64,000 nucleotides of DNA, from assembly GCF_036588685.1 (NCBI RefSeq), contig NC_086379.1, positions 84,258,001 through 84,322,000 of the forward strand. Reading direction: 5' to 3'. Numbering within the stretch: position 1 is the stretch's first letter; every line of letters starts with the position of its first letter. The notes under the pieces are model-generated. The model worked only from the letters and a program-made list of their open reading frames with translations. It did not search any database and had not been told where the DNA came from. Positions 63,815 to 64,000 of the stretch are shown one piece after another. The DNA comes from Mytilus trossulus (lineage: Eukaryota). A program made the position numbers and the translations under genes.

Positions 63815-64000
63815 ATCTTAGTCCAAATAATTATGACGTCTTGAAAGGCTATTATTTTTTTTATCTTTAACGCCTAACTTCGACGTCATAACACCAAACT
63901 CATATTTTCAGTTGGACTTTGAGTGGTAATTTACTGCTTTATTAAAACGTTTAGCTGATTTCTCCTCAAAGATGCCTCAGTTAATTTAGGAGTATAAAAT

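Overview
AT-rich, repeat-dense metazoan genomic DNA, not prokaryotic. The interspersed-repeat families resemble those of bivalves such as Mytilus (inference). Four protein-coding genes can be assembled with GT-AG introns and consistent phases: (1) an intronless rhodopsin-like GPCR (+, 5184-6284); (2) CCDC166-like (-, 6 exons, 40903 to 32738, 308 aa); (3) LSM11, the U7 snRNP Sm-like protein (+, 4 exons, 41179-44738, 396 aa), head-to-head with CCDC166 across 275 bp; (4) NAF1, the H/ACA RNP assembly factor (-, 9 coding exons, 60082 to 49761, 931 aa), convergent with LSM11. The interval 6.3-32 kb has no supportable gene and holds MITE/SINE-like repeats, Penelope-like remnants, a hAT-type element and minisatellites. 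The most unusual signals are: a perfect 33-bp inverted repeat at matching positions in the first introns of the divergent CCDC166/LSM11 pair; a 36 x 49-bp array built from the last 13 codons, stop and an ATTAAA of LSM11; repeated local duplication of exon ends; and a Trp-periodic (WQAP) low-complexity tail on NAF1. Repeat boundaries were read by eye and are approximate unless TIRs or TSDs are quoted.
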